Positions 23,365-31,537 of a stretch of DNA of 32,000 nt are shown one piece after another. The DNA is from Bacillota bacterium (GTDB lineage Bacteria > Bacillota > Clostridia > Lutisporales > Lutisporaceae): assembly GCA_035375865.1 (NCBI GenBank), contig DAOSQO010000003.1, positions 677-32,676 on the forward strand, read 5' to 3'. The translations under genes and the position numbers were made by a program. The notes under the pieces were generated by a model. The model ran no database searches and was not told where the DNA came from. It saw only the letters and a program-made list of their open reading frames with translations. Position 1 is the first letter of the stretch; every line of letters begins with the position of its first letter.

Positions 23365-23553
23365 GTGCCTTATATCCTTATAGCTGAAGATAGGGGCTTT
23401 ACGGCACTTTCGGCAATAGTCTGCTACCCTTGTGATTATCCACGGCAGCGGAATATCATCTGCTTATCCTGTCTCTTATTTCTGACGCCTGCCTGAATAG
23501 CTCGCAAGCGTTTCGGGGATCTCGCCCATCCTCCAAAACTGTCAATTCCTGTC

Positions 23554-24396
23554 TCACAATTGCTTCTTAATAATAAGCCGCTCCGCTGATTTCCCAAAAA
23601 AGTGGTATCCTGAACCTGCCTCGCTTATGATATCAAGAAGCTCGTCGGGTTTTGTCACTAATACACCGCCCAATACTTTAACACCATACTTAAAAAAGGC
23701 ATCCGGAAGCATACTTGCAGTTGGCCCTGTTACAATGACCTGCGCTCCGGGTTTAGACATTGAAAGCAATCCCGTAAGGGTATCATTAAGCAGAGTTGTT
23801 CCGGTGATCACCAGAAGATCGGCGTCAGGTACATATTTTGCGGCTTGGTCTGCCGGTGCATAATAAACCATTTCATGAGGTTTAAGGGTTTTTGCATCCA
23901 TTTCAAGAACATGAAAATCAGCATTTGCCTTGATGAGCTTCTTCATAATCGGTATAAGCGCCCCCACTACCACTGCTTTATGGTCAGGAATTATTTCAAT
24001 CTCATCAAATGCGTCAACACCGGTAACCAACTCATAACCTTTATCCGACATCAACTCCCAGCAGGAAGCGCTCAATGCATTAAGCACAGCAATCCCAAGC
24101 GTTTTTTTAAGTATGTTTCCGATAAACAAGTCATCGAGATATTCCCGAACCGGCCGTCCGGCTAATTTTCCTGAGAGCGGCATTTCTTTCGCCGAACTTG
24201 GACAGCAGACTGCCGCCGGGATCTCCTTAATAGGCGTAAAGCATAAACCGCCATGCCCGTCACTTAACTTTACCCCGGAAAAAAACAGTCCCAGCACCGC
24301 CCGTTCCACTGTCAGTCTGTCCAGCTTATCCTCTAGAACCCTTTCCACCTGACGGATTGTCTCTCTTAATATGATATTATCTGTCATATTCTCCAT
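23554..24396 (-). CDS. DUF4213/DUF364-like Rossmann protein (putative metal/chelate-handling)
   Basis: 280 aa. The N-terminal segment VLGLFFSGVKLSDGHGGLCFTP and the C-terminal Rossmann-like half (VVVGALIP...LLVITGTTLLNDTL) match my recollection of this family. It is the last gene of the ABC operon. Confidence 0.6.
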   Translation of the reverse strand: MENMTDNIILRETIRQVERVLEDKLDRLTVERAVLGLFFSGVKLSDGHGGLCFTPIKEIPAAVCCPSSAKEMPLSGKLAGRPVREYLDDLFIGNILKKTLGIAVLNALSASCWELMSDKGYELVTGVDAFDEIEIIPDHKAVVVGALIPIMKKLIKANADFHVLEMDAKTLKPHEMVYYAPADQAAKYVPDADLLVITGTTLLNDTLTGLLSMSKPGAQVIVTGPTASMLPDAFFKYGVKVLGGVLVTKPDELLDIISEAGSGYHFFGKSAERLIIKKQL

Positions 24397-24428
24397 GAAA
24401 AACTCTCCCTTAATTTAATTTGACTATT

Positions 24429-25508
24429 CTATTCGATGATTTCTTTTATTTGCGCATCGGTAAAATTACATTTAAAGAAGTGACTGTAGAAATATGATAC
24501 TTCTTCAGCAAGGTCTTTATCAGTCATAATTTCAGGATATATTTTGTTCATTGCCCACATGATTGTCAGAGGCTGCTCTGTCGTACGATTTCCCCAAACA
24601 TGTGCAATCCTGGGGACAATATATATTTTTTTGTCCTTGACTGCGGTAATATTGGCAAACCGTGCGTCCTCCAAGGCGGCTTTTTTCTCAGCTTTACTTG
24701 AAACCATAATAATATCGGGGTTCCATAATAGCATATCCTCCAGAGTGTAAACACGCCGTTCGGATGTTCTGCCGTCATCTGTCACGCTGATGCCGCCGGC
24801 CTTGGAAATCCACCACTCTGCAATAACATGAGGCTGTGAAAACGTGGTTATACTGCCATAAAGGACTTTTTTCCTGTCTTCTTTCTTAATGTTCTTGGTC
24901 AGTTCCTCTGCCTTTACCAGCGTTTTATCAAAATATGCGATGTAATCGGCGGCAACATCCTGTGCATCCAATACCTCTCCTAGCAGGGTGATACATTCTT
25001 TAACTTCTTCAGTTTTAGTCCATGATAGCTGGATTACATTCAACCCCTGTTCTTCAAGCTGCTTGGTCAATTCTGCGGCCATAGTCAGGCAAATGTCAGG
25101 CTTTGTTTTCAGAACTGTTTCCATAAGCACCTCACTGTCAGCGCCCTGAAATGCGGGACATTCTTTCAGCTGCGGAGTAAACAGGTATTGGTATTTTGCC
25201 CAGCTTTCGCTTTTTACAAAGGATGGCGAACCCTCGTTACATATTTTGTCGCCTGCGCCCATCGTTTCTACAAAAGCATTAAGTACTCCGATAGCTCCGA
25301 AGGTTCCTATCTTTTTAATATTTTTTGGAAGTGTAACCGTCCTTCCCGCCATGTCTGTAACAATACGCACATTTTGCTCAGATGCCTCCGTTTGTTTCGA
25401 GGCGTCCGTCCCGGTTGCTTTGCTCTGTGAACACCCGGAAATACATAGTACTATTACCACGGTTGCCATAAGCAATGCGATGATTCTTTTACCTGTCTTC
25501 ATAAACAT
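24429..25508 (-). CDS. ABC transporter substrate-binding lipoprotein, cluster A/class III (siderophore, haem or cobalamin type)
   Basis: Signal peptide plus lipobox (VLCISGCSQ). The fold resembles FecB/BtuF in length and layout. Confidence 0.8.
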   Translation of the reverse strand: MFMKTGKRIIALLMATVVIVLCISGCSQSKATGTDASKQTEASEQNVRIVTDMAGRTVTLPKNIKKIGTFGAIGVLNAFVETMGAGDKICNEGSPSFVKSESWAKYQYLFTPQLKECPAFQGADSEVLMETVLKTKPDICLTMAAELTKQLEEQGLNVIQLSWTKTEEVKECITLLGEVLDAQDVAADYIAYFDKTLVKAEELTKNIKKEDRKKVLYGSITTFSQPHVIAEWWISKAGGISVTDDGRTSERRVYTLEDMLLWNPDIIMVSSKAEKKAALEDARFANITAVKDKKIYIVPRIAHVWGNRTTEQPLTIMWAMNKIYPEIMTDKDLAEEVSYFYSHFFKCNFTDAQIKEIIE

Positions 25509-25530
25509 TCTCTCTCCTCTTCTTAAAATA

Positions 25531-26316
25531 CTAGTACATCACAGGAATACATACTTTGGTTACCATATCCCGTGAGTCTAGTCTTGCTTCTGTTACGCAA
25601 ACCTGCGTAGAATAAAGTTTTGAAAGATTCTCCGTTGTTACAATTTCATCAGGAAGCCCCTGCGCCATAATGACTCCGTCGCGCATCAGAATCGTCCTGT
25701 TGCATGCCAAAAATGCATGATCCGGGAAATGGGAAGTCATCAATATTGAATAGCCATTTTCAGACAATGTCTTAATTACCTTAAGCATCTTTATCTGATT
25801 GCAGTAATCAAGATTTGCAGTCGGTTCGTCCATTATCAATATCCTGGCTTGCTGTGCCAAAGCCCGGGCTACCAATACCATTTGCTTTTCCCCGCCGCTC
25901 ATTTCATTGAATAAATACCGGCTCATTTGAAGTATTCCGAGCTGTTCCATAGCTTCATCAACAAGTTTTTGGTCTTTTCTTGTTGTACGGCCTCCTGCTG
26001 TCAGGTGGGCTACGCGGCCCATAAGCACGACTTCCCTCGCTTCGTATGGAAAGGCCATAGTTGTAGCCTGCGGAACATAAGCCATAATTTCAGCTCTTTT
26101 TCCGGCAGATAGTTTTGTTAAGTCACGTCCATCTATTTCAATACTCCCGCACTTTATTTTATTAAGTGACAGCAGACAGCGAAGCAATGTCGTTTTACCC
26201 GTTCCATTAGGGCCCAGGAGACATAAGATATCATGGCCGGCCAGCTCAAGCGAAATATCTTTTAAAACTATTCTATCCGGATGATAATAATAGCTTAGAC
26301 CCTTAACACTTAACAT
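25531..26316 (-). CDS. ABC transporter ATP-binding protein (FepC/FecE/BtuD-like)
   Basis: Walker A GPNGTGKTT, signature MSGGEKQ, Walker B ILIMDEPT. The ATG at 26316 overlaps the permease stop (TGATG). The track starts at GTG 26325. Confidence 0.9.
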   Translation of the reverse strand: MLSVKGLSYYYHPDRIVLKDISLELAGHDILCLLGPNGTGKTTLLRCLLSLNKIKCGSIEIDGRDLTKLSAGKRAEIMAYVPQATTMAFPYEAREVVLMGRVAHLTAGGRTTRKDQKLVDEAMEQLGILQMSRYLFNEMSGGEKQMVLVARALAQQARILIMDEPTANLDYCNQIKMLKVIKTLSENGYSILMTSHFPDHAFLACNRTILMRDGVIMAQGLPDEIVTTENLSKLYSTQVCVTEARLDSRDMVTKVCIPVMY

Positions 26317-27338
26317 CACGACCACCCCTTTTTGACCTTTGAAAGCAAAAAAACAAATACGGGAGTCCCTACCAAAGCAGTCAATACGCCAAGCGGCAGC
26401 TCAACCCCTTTGACTCCGCGGATAATATTGTCGATAACCAGCAAAAACATTCCGCCGATAAAGAATGAAGCGGCCGAAAGCTTCGAAAAATTCGCACCGG
26501 TAAGCATTCTTGCGATATGAGGCACAACCATTCCAACCCAACCGACAATTCCGCAAATGCTTACCGAAGTAACTGTCATAAGCGTCGAACTGCTGACAAC
26601 AATCAGCTTTACAAGTGAAACATTCACCCCCATTGTCCTGGCCTCATCTTCCCCTGCCGCTAAAGCATTAATCTGATTACGATAGATGAATATCAGTAAA
26701 AGGGAGAAACTTAAAGCCGGCAGCATAATCAAAACATCTTTATTTGTACCTTTTCCCAGGCTGCCCATTAACCAAAAAGTTATGGCAGGGAGTGCGTTTT
26801 CTACGTCAGCCCATGTTTTCAATATTGAAAGCAGCGACTGAAACAGGCTTGAAACCACAATTCCCGCCAGGATCAGCACAGTTATTGCTTGCCTGCCAAA
26901 AGCATAAGCAATTAAGTATGCAGATATTACCGCAACCATACCGAAAACGAAAGCAAGCATTTGAACACTCCACCACTTAGCATTGTTTATCATGGCAAGT
27001 GCCGCTCCAAAGCCTGCTCCTGCCGAAACACCCAAAATGTCGGGTGATACCATTGGATTTTTAAACAGTGTCTGGTAAGAAGCTCCTGAAACTGAAAGAG
27101 ATCCACCCACCAGAATTGCAAGAACTATTCTCGGAAGGCGTACCTGTAAAACAACCGTTGCAAGGGTTTCTTCCCAATACTTCTGTATATCAAAAAATTG
27201 TGAAAGGATTATATCTATAACCGTTTTTGGGGATATTGAATATCGTCCTACCAAAAATGACATAAAGAACAAAGCTATCGTGAAGCAAGCAAGCGTAACT
27301 ATTTTTACAGTAAATGAATCATTGCTTTTTATTTTCAA
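26316..27338 (-). CDS. FecCD-family iron-chelate/cobalamin-type ABC permease
   Basis: A protein of about 10 TM segments with FecCD-typical segments (RLPRIVLAILVGGSLSVSGASYQTLFKNPMVSPDILGVSAGAG). TTG start with an AGGAGA RBS. Confidence 0.9.
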   Translation of the reverse strand: MKIKSNDSFTVKIVTLACFTIALFFMSFLVGRYSISPKTVIDIILSQFFDIQKYWEETLATVVLQVRLPRIVLAILVGGSLSVSGASYQTLFKNPMVSPDILGVSAGAGFGAALAMINNAKWWSVQMLAFVFGMVAVISAYLIAYAFGRQAITVLILAGIVVSSLFQSLLSILKTWADVENALPAITFWLMGSLGKGTNKDVLIMLPALSFSLLLIFIYRNQINALAAGEDEARTMGVNVSLVKLIVVSSSTLMTVTSVSICGIVGWVGMVVPHIARMLTGANFSKLSAASFFIGGMFLLVIDNIIRGVKGVELPLGVLTALVGTPVFVFLLSKVKKGWS

Positions 27339-27384
27339 AGTACTGTTCTCCTATTTAATATTCTGATCTTCTCAATGCCAATTT

Positions 27385-28587
27385 TCAGATCTTTTCTAAA
27401 CCACATAACAATTCAACTTCAATTTCATCTCCGGCCTGGTACCCTGAAATGCCAACAGGAGCTATGAAAAGCGCGTTAGACTTAGTCAAAGCGTATGGGA
27501 TGCTTTTATTGCTGTCAACAGGAGAAGCTATGTAACCGTATTTTTGCGCTGTTAAAATAAGTCTGGTATATGTTTCAAAATCAGGCCTCTTTTTTAGTGA
27601 TTTATCCAATCTGGCTTTGATTTTTTGGCGTACAGGAATTGTCAATCCAAAATAGTGATGAATCAGGCCAGACACGCACCAATCCATGGAAAGGAAGGTT
27701 CCAACAGTCGGCCCCGGCAAATTAACCACAGGTTTCCCGTTAATTATTGCAACAGCCACTGGTTTACCCGGAACCATCTTGATACCATGTTGGAATATGG
27801 AAGCCCGTTTCTGCAGCAGTCTTGCATTGAAGTCCTCCATCCCCTTTGAGGAGCCGCCGTTGATCAATACTATATCCGCAACAGCCAGCGCCATATCCAG
27901 AGCATGTTCCAGCTCATCAGGGTTGTCTTTAATAATCGGATAGCAAATTGGTTCTGCTCCCCACTGCTGCAGAAAAGCCGAAACCATAATGCCATTCGAC
28001 TCAACGTTTTGACCGCGCTCCGGTTTTACACCAATTGAAACAAGCTCATTTCCAGTCGGAATATAGACAACCTTCGGCTTTCTGATTACTTCCAATTGAA
28101 TAATGCCACCCATACCCAGCGCTGCCAAATGCACCGGAGTAAGACAAACATGCGCCTCTACCAGTAAATCTCCTTCTTTAACCATAGTTCCCGGCTGCCG
28201 CACGCGGTCACCTTTGACAAATGAAAAACCATCGGAAAAATGCAGCTTTCCATCGTCATCATAATAAATATTTTCCACTGCAATAACAGTGTCGAACCCA
28301 TCAGGGAAATCATCACCAGTATCCGCCTGGATATACTCTATACCCTTTACCCATCCTGTAGTGTCCGGCAAGCCGCTGGAAAAATACCCGGAACGGACGG
28401 CAATACCATCAGCCATAGATATACGGTATGGCGGCAATGTATTTTGCGAATACACATCTTTTGCAGTAATGCGGCCCAGTGCCTGCTGAATCTGTATCAA
28501 TTCAGTTCCGGCCTTTAAAGGCCAATTCTCCAGCAGTAACCCTAACGCTTCTGCCCTTGTAACTGAAAAATCATTATTTTGATTCAT
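27385..28587 (-). CDS. moeA: MoeA-family molybdopterin molybdotransferase paralogue
   Basis: N-terminal ALGRITAKDVYSQNTLPPYRISMADGIAVRS (MoeA signature, with MADG in place of the usual MDG). MoCF-binding domain INGGSSKGMEDF. C-terminal beta-barrel domain. Confidence 0.8.
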   Translation of the reverse strand: MNQNNDFSVTRAEALGLLLENWPLKAGTELIQIQQALGRITAKDVYSQNTLPPYRISMADGIAVRSGYFSSGLPDTTGWVKGIEYIQADTGDDFPDGFDTVIAVENIYYDDDGKLHFSDGFSFVKGDRVRQPGTMVKEGDLLVEAHVCLTPVHLAALGMGGIIQLEVIRKPKVVYIPTGNELVSIGVKPERGQNVESNGIMVSAFLQQWGAEPICYPIIKDNPDELEHALDMALAVADIVLINGGSSKGMEDFNARLLQKRASIFQHGIKMVPGKPVAVAIINGKPVVNLPGPTVGTFLSMDWCVSGLIHHYFGLTIPVRQKIKARLDKSLKKRPDFETYTRLILTAQKYGYIASPVDSNKSIPYALTKSNALFIAPVGISGYQAGDEIEVELLCGLEKI

Positions 28588-28631
28588 AAATACTCCTCCA
28601 TATATAATTAATTAGGATTGTATTGCTGCAA

Positions 28632-28722
28632 ACATAACATAACACAACATAAGATTAAAAGATATTATAGTTGACATAAATGAGATATATATACAATTTT
28701 GCTATGTTTTGTTATGTTATGT
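28632..28722. repeat. Imperfect inverted repeat of about 20 bp, built from ACATAAC repeats, bracketing the divergent promoter region
   Basis: ACATAACATAACA (28632-44) pairs perfectly with TGTTATGTTATGT (28710-22). Pairing continues for 6 more bp after one mismatch. The 65-nt spacer contains TTGACA. Confidence 0.6.
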
Positions 28723-28725
28723 ATC

Positions 28726-28754
28726 ATTATAATATAACATTATGGCATTTACAA
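28726..28754 (-). promoter_or_regulatory. Candidate sigma-A promoter of the moeA-ABC operon
   Basis: On the minus strand: TTGTAA, exactly 17 nt, TATAAT. Confidence 0.5.
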
Positions 28755-28869
28755 TACTCAAAATATTTTTGGATGTCGCTTCCACAATGGCGAATGAATA
28801 TTTGAAGAGGATAGCGGACGGATTGCAGTCAAATCTCAGGAGATGCTAATGGTGTAATTACCGGTAGGA

Positions 28870-28878
28870 TGCTATAAT
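28870..28878 (+). promoter_or_regulatory. Extended -10 promoter (TGcTATAAT) for ddh
   Basis: TGCTATAAT lies 43 nt upstream of ATG 28921. Confidence 0.5.
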
Positions 28879-28920
28879 TGAATTAATTGTGTATACTATT
28901 TAAAACAATGGAGGTATAGT

Positions 28921-29898
28921 ATGGAAAAAATAATCAGAACCGGAATAGTAGGCTATGGAAATTTGGGAAAAGGAGTAGAATTAGCTCTTAAGCAGAATCC
29001 GGATTTTGAACTGAAGGCTATATTTACCAGAAGGGATATTTCTTCATATAGCGGGGATGCAAAACTGGCAGGTATTTCCGATGTTTGGGATTATAAAAAC
29101 GATATTGATGTAATTATACTATGCGGCGGATCAGCTAATGATCTTCCGGTGCAAGGCCCTATGTTGTCTGCCGGATTCAATACTGTTGACAGTTATGATA
29201 ATCACAGTAAAATTCCGGAATACTTCAGCAAGGTAAATGAAGTCGCATTGGCCTCAAACAGAGTAAGCCTTATATCCGTGGGATGGGATCCGGGGTTGTT
29301 CTCTCTCAACAGGCTGTTGGCAGAAGCTATTTTACCCCAGGGGAAGAATTATACTTTCTGGGGCAAGGGAGTCAGCCAAGGGCATTCTGATGCCATAAGA
29401 AGAATTAAAGGAGTAAAAAAAGGGATACAGTATACTGTCCCTGTGGAAAAAGTCGTTGAAAAGGTAAGGGCCTGCGAGAACCCGGATTTATGTGCCCGTG
29501 ATAAACACAAACGAATTTGCTATGTGGTAGCGGAAGAATCTGAGGATTTAGGCAGAATTAAAAAGGAAATTATATCTATGCCTAATTATTTTGCGGATTA
29601 TGACACGGAAGTGTATTTTATCAGTGAAGAAGAAATGTTGAAAAATCATTCTAAAATGCCCCACGGCGGTTTTGTAATACATACAGGCACAACAGGAAAC
29701 TACAATAAACAAAGGATGGAATTCAGCTTGACATTGGAGAGCAACCCGGAATTCACATCATCTATACTTGTTGCATACGCCCGGGCTGTTTATAGATTGT
29801 CTTCGGAAGGAAAAAAAGGAGCTTTCTCTGTATTTGATGTGCCATTTTCTTATTTGTCACCAAAAACAGGGGAAGAACTGAGAAAAGCATTATTGTAA
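28921..29898 (+). CDS. ddh: meso-Diaminopimelate D-dehydrogenase
   Basis: N-terminus IRTGIVGYGNLGKGVELALKQNPDFELKAIFTRR, and a length of 325 aa typical of Ddh. GGAGG RBS. Confidence 0.85.
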   Translation: MEKIIRTGIVGYGNLGKGVELALKQNPDFELKAIFTRRDISSYSGDAKLAGISDVWDYKNDIDVIILCGGSANDLPVQGPMLSAGFNTVDSYDNHSKIPEYFSKVNEVALASNRVSLISVGWDPGLFSLNRLLAEAILPQGKNYTFWGKGVSQGHSDAIRRIKGVKKGIQYTVPVEKVVEKVRACENPDLCARDKHKRICYVVAEESEDLGRIKKEIISMPNYFADYDTEVYFISEEEMLKNHSKMPHGGFVIHTGTTGNYNKQRMEFSLTLESNPEFTSSILVAYARAVYRLSSEGKKGAFSVFDVPFSYLSPKTGEELRKALL

Positions 29899-29900
29899 TA

Positions 29901-29920
29901 AGGCGGGGATGTCCCCGCCT
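29901..29920. terminator. Bidirectional terminator hairpin between convergent genes
   Basis: AGGCGGGGA-tg-TCCCCGCCT. Confidence 0.6.
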
Positions 29921-29931
29921 CTTTCCATTAT

Positions 29932-30465
29932 TTACAATCCCCGTATATCTATCTGACACATCTCCATTGCATCAAGAGCATTATTATGGCTCTCAGGGGT
30001 CACCCCTGCACAGCAGGAAGCATCAACCCTTATCCTGACCTCAGGCAGGAAGGCTTTTATTGTGAGGGCATTGGAAATAACACATATATCAGTGCATAGT
30101 CCAATCAGCTCAATTTCTTCAATGGCCTCGGCCGCATACAGTTCCTTAAGGTATTCCGCCAGTTCCCTTGAACCGAAGGTATTTTTGTCAAACATCTTGC
30201 AGTTGTTATTAACTGCAAGCACTTTTATGTCTTCCTGCAGCTCCCATCCGAAAGTGTCCTCAATGCAATGCACTACAGGCAGATTACGCCCTTCCTGGGT
30301 TGAGAGATAAGCCTCGCTATGGGTATCCCTTGTAAAAATTACAATACCTTCATACCCGATTATTTTTTCAACTACTCTTCCGACTATTGCCTCGGCCTCT
30401 TTTGTACCCAAAGCTCCATCAATGAAATCATTCTGCATGTCGACAACAATCAATACCTTGCTCAT
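29932..30465 (-). CDS. Isochorismatase-family cysteine hydrolase (nicotinamidase/pyrazinamidase-like)
   Basis: Motifs: LIVVDMQNDF, catalytic GLCTDICV. 177 aa. Confidence 0.8.
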   Translation of the reverse strand: MSKVLIVVDMQNDFIDGALGTKEAEAIVGRVVEKIIGYEGIVIFTRDTHSEAYLSTQEGRNLPVVHCIEDTFGWELQEDIKVLAVNNNCKMFDKNTFGSRELAEYLKELYAAEAIEEIELIGLCTDICVISNALTIKAFLPEVRIRVDASCCAGVTPESHNNALDAMEMCQIDIRGL

Positions 30466-30739
30466 ACTATCACCCCTTATTTTTGTAAGACAGATGGAAC
30501 GGTTCCTAAAAAACCGCCCCTTGCCTAATTACGGCAATAATCCATACCCTCGGGATTTCTGATCAGATTTAATGCATATCGGTTCATTAAAATCAATGCT
30601 TCATTATACTGCTTTGACCTGACGGTAAGTGAATGCAAGTCTATGCCATCTGCAAAGGCGTAATTACCGAGGCTCGCCAGCTGTTCTTGATAATTCTTAT
30701 TCCAGGCAATGGCAAGTGCGGTTTCTATAGCATCATAGA

Positions 30740-31342
30740 CTATAAGGGAAATTGCAGGTTAAGAGCCGCAAAGTCAATATTAATCGGGTCCTGATCAACA
30801 AAAGAGTTATTTCCAAAGAATAAGCCGGGGTTGTTTTCGAGTCTGTTTAAGACAAAAAGTATATAGTAGTTCAGAGCCGTAATATTCAAAGAACGAGTAT
30901 ATAATGGAATAATTGCATTTGAATGCGATATTATCAGGGATAAGGTAGTCACAATATTTGTTTTGATCTGTGGTGGATTCTGCAGTGTCTGATGTATAAA
31001 TTCATCTGCTGTTTTATTTGAGTGAATGGCGCTGGTCTTATCATATTTGATTTTGCCAAGCTGTATTTGGTTTATATATAATCCAACAATGAATGTGGTT
31101 AGGCTGATCTGGAGGTTCGACGATGTAAAGGGTTCCTCAGTAATTGGAGTTGTAGTTTCCGGCTCTCGGGGATAAATAACGGCTCTGTTGTCGAGAATTG
31201 TACTAATGAAGAAGTATACTCTATTTTCATTTCTATATATAACTTTACCATCTTTTATTATAGGATCAATATTACCCAAGTAAGCGCTGCAGGGGGGGAC
31301 TTCCCCTCCTGCATATGGGTTGCAGCCGGAATTCTGATTCAT
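30740..31342 (-). CDS. Hypothetical protein (200 aa as called), probably the N-terminal part of a frameshifted gene
   Basis: No motif recognised. A 77-codon stop-free frame continues downstream in another frame (see findings). Confidence 0.5.
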   Translation of the reverse strand: MNQNSGCNPYAGGEVPPCSAYLGNIDPIIKDGKVIYRNENRVYFFISTILDNRAVIYPREPETTTPITEEPFTSSNLQISLTTFIVGLYINQIQLGKIKYDKTSAIHSNKTADEFIHQTLQNPPQIKTNIVTTLSLIISHSNAIIPLYTRSLNITALNYYILFVLNRLENNPGLFFGNNSFVDQDPINIDFAALNLQFPL

Positions 31343-31390
31343 AGTTCTACACCATCCAAAGTTATTATCAATATATTATATGTGGCTTTT

Positions 31391-31415
31391 ATAAGTGAGT
31401 GCCGGATAAGTGAGT
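31391..31415. promoter_or_regulatory. Tandem direct repeat ATAAGTGAGT x2 (15-nt period) upstream of the 200-aa gene
   Basis: ATAAGTGAGT-gccgg-ATAAGTGAGT. On the minus strand it sits just upstream of a TATAAT box at 31375-31380. Confidence 0.3.
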
Positions 31416-31477
31416 ACATGGCATTATGGACTTGTTACAAGCTTGTATATAGATTGCTTTGAGATAATAATGTCATC

Positions 31478-31537
31478 GGGGTCAGGCCTGAATTAGAATA
31501 TTTCAAGCCTGACCCCATAGTTTTGTTTTACTTTTTC
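31478..31537. terminator. Terminator hairpin downstream of the stalk-domain gene
   Basis: GGGGTCAGGC ... GCCTGACCCC (10 bp, 19-nt loop). The T-rich tail (ATAGTTTTGTTTTACTTTTT) is on the plus strand. The minus-strand tail is weak. Confidence 0.45.

Noticed and set aside
23168-23383. A 71-aa plus-strand ORF and a 138-aa ORF (22885-23301) crossing the palindromic spacer.
   Set aside because: - They read through hairpins and the 51-bp palindrome.
- They are Cys/Arg/Leu-rich nonsense-like sequences with no RBS.
23335-23553. The moderately GC-rich stretch downstream of the DUF364-like gene, examined as a possible ncRNA (tracrRNA-, omega-RNA- or retron-like) or a tRNA.
   Set aside because: - No cloverleaf, extended conserved helices or associated RT, Cas or TnpB gene is present.
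- Only short 4-5 bp stems are seen.
- It is kept only as part of the spacer finding.
28588-28760. A Moco or cobalamin riboswitch upstream of the moeA-ABC operon, and a Moco riboswitch upstream of the oxidoreductase (9566-9800).
   Set aside because: - Both leaders are AT-rich.
- Both lack the GC-rich conserved cores I associate with these riboswitches, such as the B12 box.
- Only simple inverted repeats are present.
- A covariance-model scan would be the decisive check.
28780-28920. A lysine (L-box) riboswitch in front of ddh, suggested by GAAGAGGATAGCGG.
   Set aside because: - The region is too short, about 80 nt of candidate sequence.
- It lacks the multi-helix L-box core.
- A TGcTATAAT promoter lies downstream of it.
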